64,000 nucleotides of DNA from an uncultured cyanobacterium (GTDB lineage Bacteria > Cyanobacteriota > Cyanobacteriia > CAKZMO01): positions 32,001-96,000 of the forward strand of contig CAVRCJ010000005.1 of the NCBI GenBank assembly GCA_963719515.1, in the 5' to 3' direction. Each line of letters starts with the position of its first letter. Positions within the stretch are counted from its first letter, which is position 1. This document shows, one piece after another, positions 63,566 to 64,000 of the stretch. A program made the position numbers and the translations under genes. The notes beneath the pieces were generated by a model. It was given only the letters and a program-made list of their open reading frames with translations, made no database searches and was not told the origin of the DNA.

Positions 63566-64000
63566 TCAGGGCCTTTCGACGCCCGCCGCTCCCCACCCCG
63601 CCGCTGGGGTTCTGCCGCCGCCAGCACGCTGCCGTCGGGGAACACCATAATGCCCGTCGCTGCCCCGATTTCTTCCGTCGGCTGTAGCTGATGTCCCAGC
63701 GCAGTCAGCCCTTGCCCAGCGGGCGTTTGCTCGAACCCGCCGTCCACCTGCGTTGTTTCGCCATTGCGCTGGGAAACGCGGGGGGCGGCGATCGCCTCAT
63801 TTAAGGGCAGCCCAAAGTCGATGGCGTTGACGGCGATGCCCAGCACCGTGGTGATGATGGTGGAGCCTCCGGGAGAGCCGAAGGCCATCACCGTTCCGTC
63901 AGGGGCCAAGGCGATGGTGGGGGCCATGCTGCTGCGGGGGCGCTTGCCCGGTTCGGGGGCGTTGGGGTGAGGCGCAGTCGCGTCAAAATCCGTCAGCTCG
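63566..64000 (-). CDS. ggt: Gamma-glutamyltransferase, C-terminal part (gene starts beyond the window)
   Basis: PGKRPRSSMAPT, GSPGGSTIITTV, AIAAPR and AAEPQRRGG. Confidence 0.9.

Overview
Chromosomal window from a GC-rich cyanobacterium: it has abundant HIP1 GCGATCGC octamers and carries prk, petH, psaK and chlL/N/B. A filamentous Leptolyngbya/Nodosilinea-like lineage is an inference. Most of the window is housekeeping: xseAB, frmA/fghA, tenA, prk, petH, hom, queF, sps, tRNA-Ser(GCT), dapB, codA, chlLN, hemL, three mscS genes, an SLC13 transporter, chlB, minCDE, a GH13 enzyme, marR/DODA/yqjG and a partial ggt. There are four accessory patches. (1) 13.3-14.65 kb: a TnpA-less IS200/IS605 element with an intact tnpB and a 46-aa ribbon-helix-helix gene that the ORF track misses. 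(2) 24.2-28.5 kb, the best candidate for a new system: a non-autonomous IS605-type element, then a translationally coupled two-gene module. A TIR/DUF4062-like effector ends in KTYNIDKIDSARFE, and an NTPase-less protein with hypervariable TPR repeats begins with the matching KTYNINTIENAQFF. This layout resembles amyloid-motif (prion-like) signalling between sensor and effector. (3) 33.9-35.2 kb: a Dam-family methyltransferase next to a PD-(D/E)XK nuclease. (4) 46.2-52.2 kb: an HTH gene split by a MITE, an RHH gene, a low-GC islet, a frameshifted ISAs1 nested in a palindromic repeat, and Uma2 nucleases. All family calls come from motif recognition by eye; no database searches were run.
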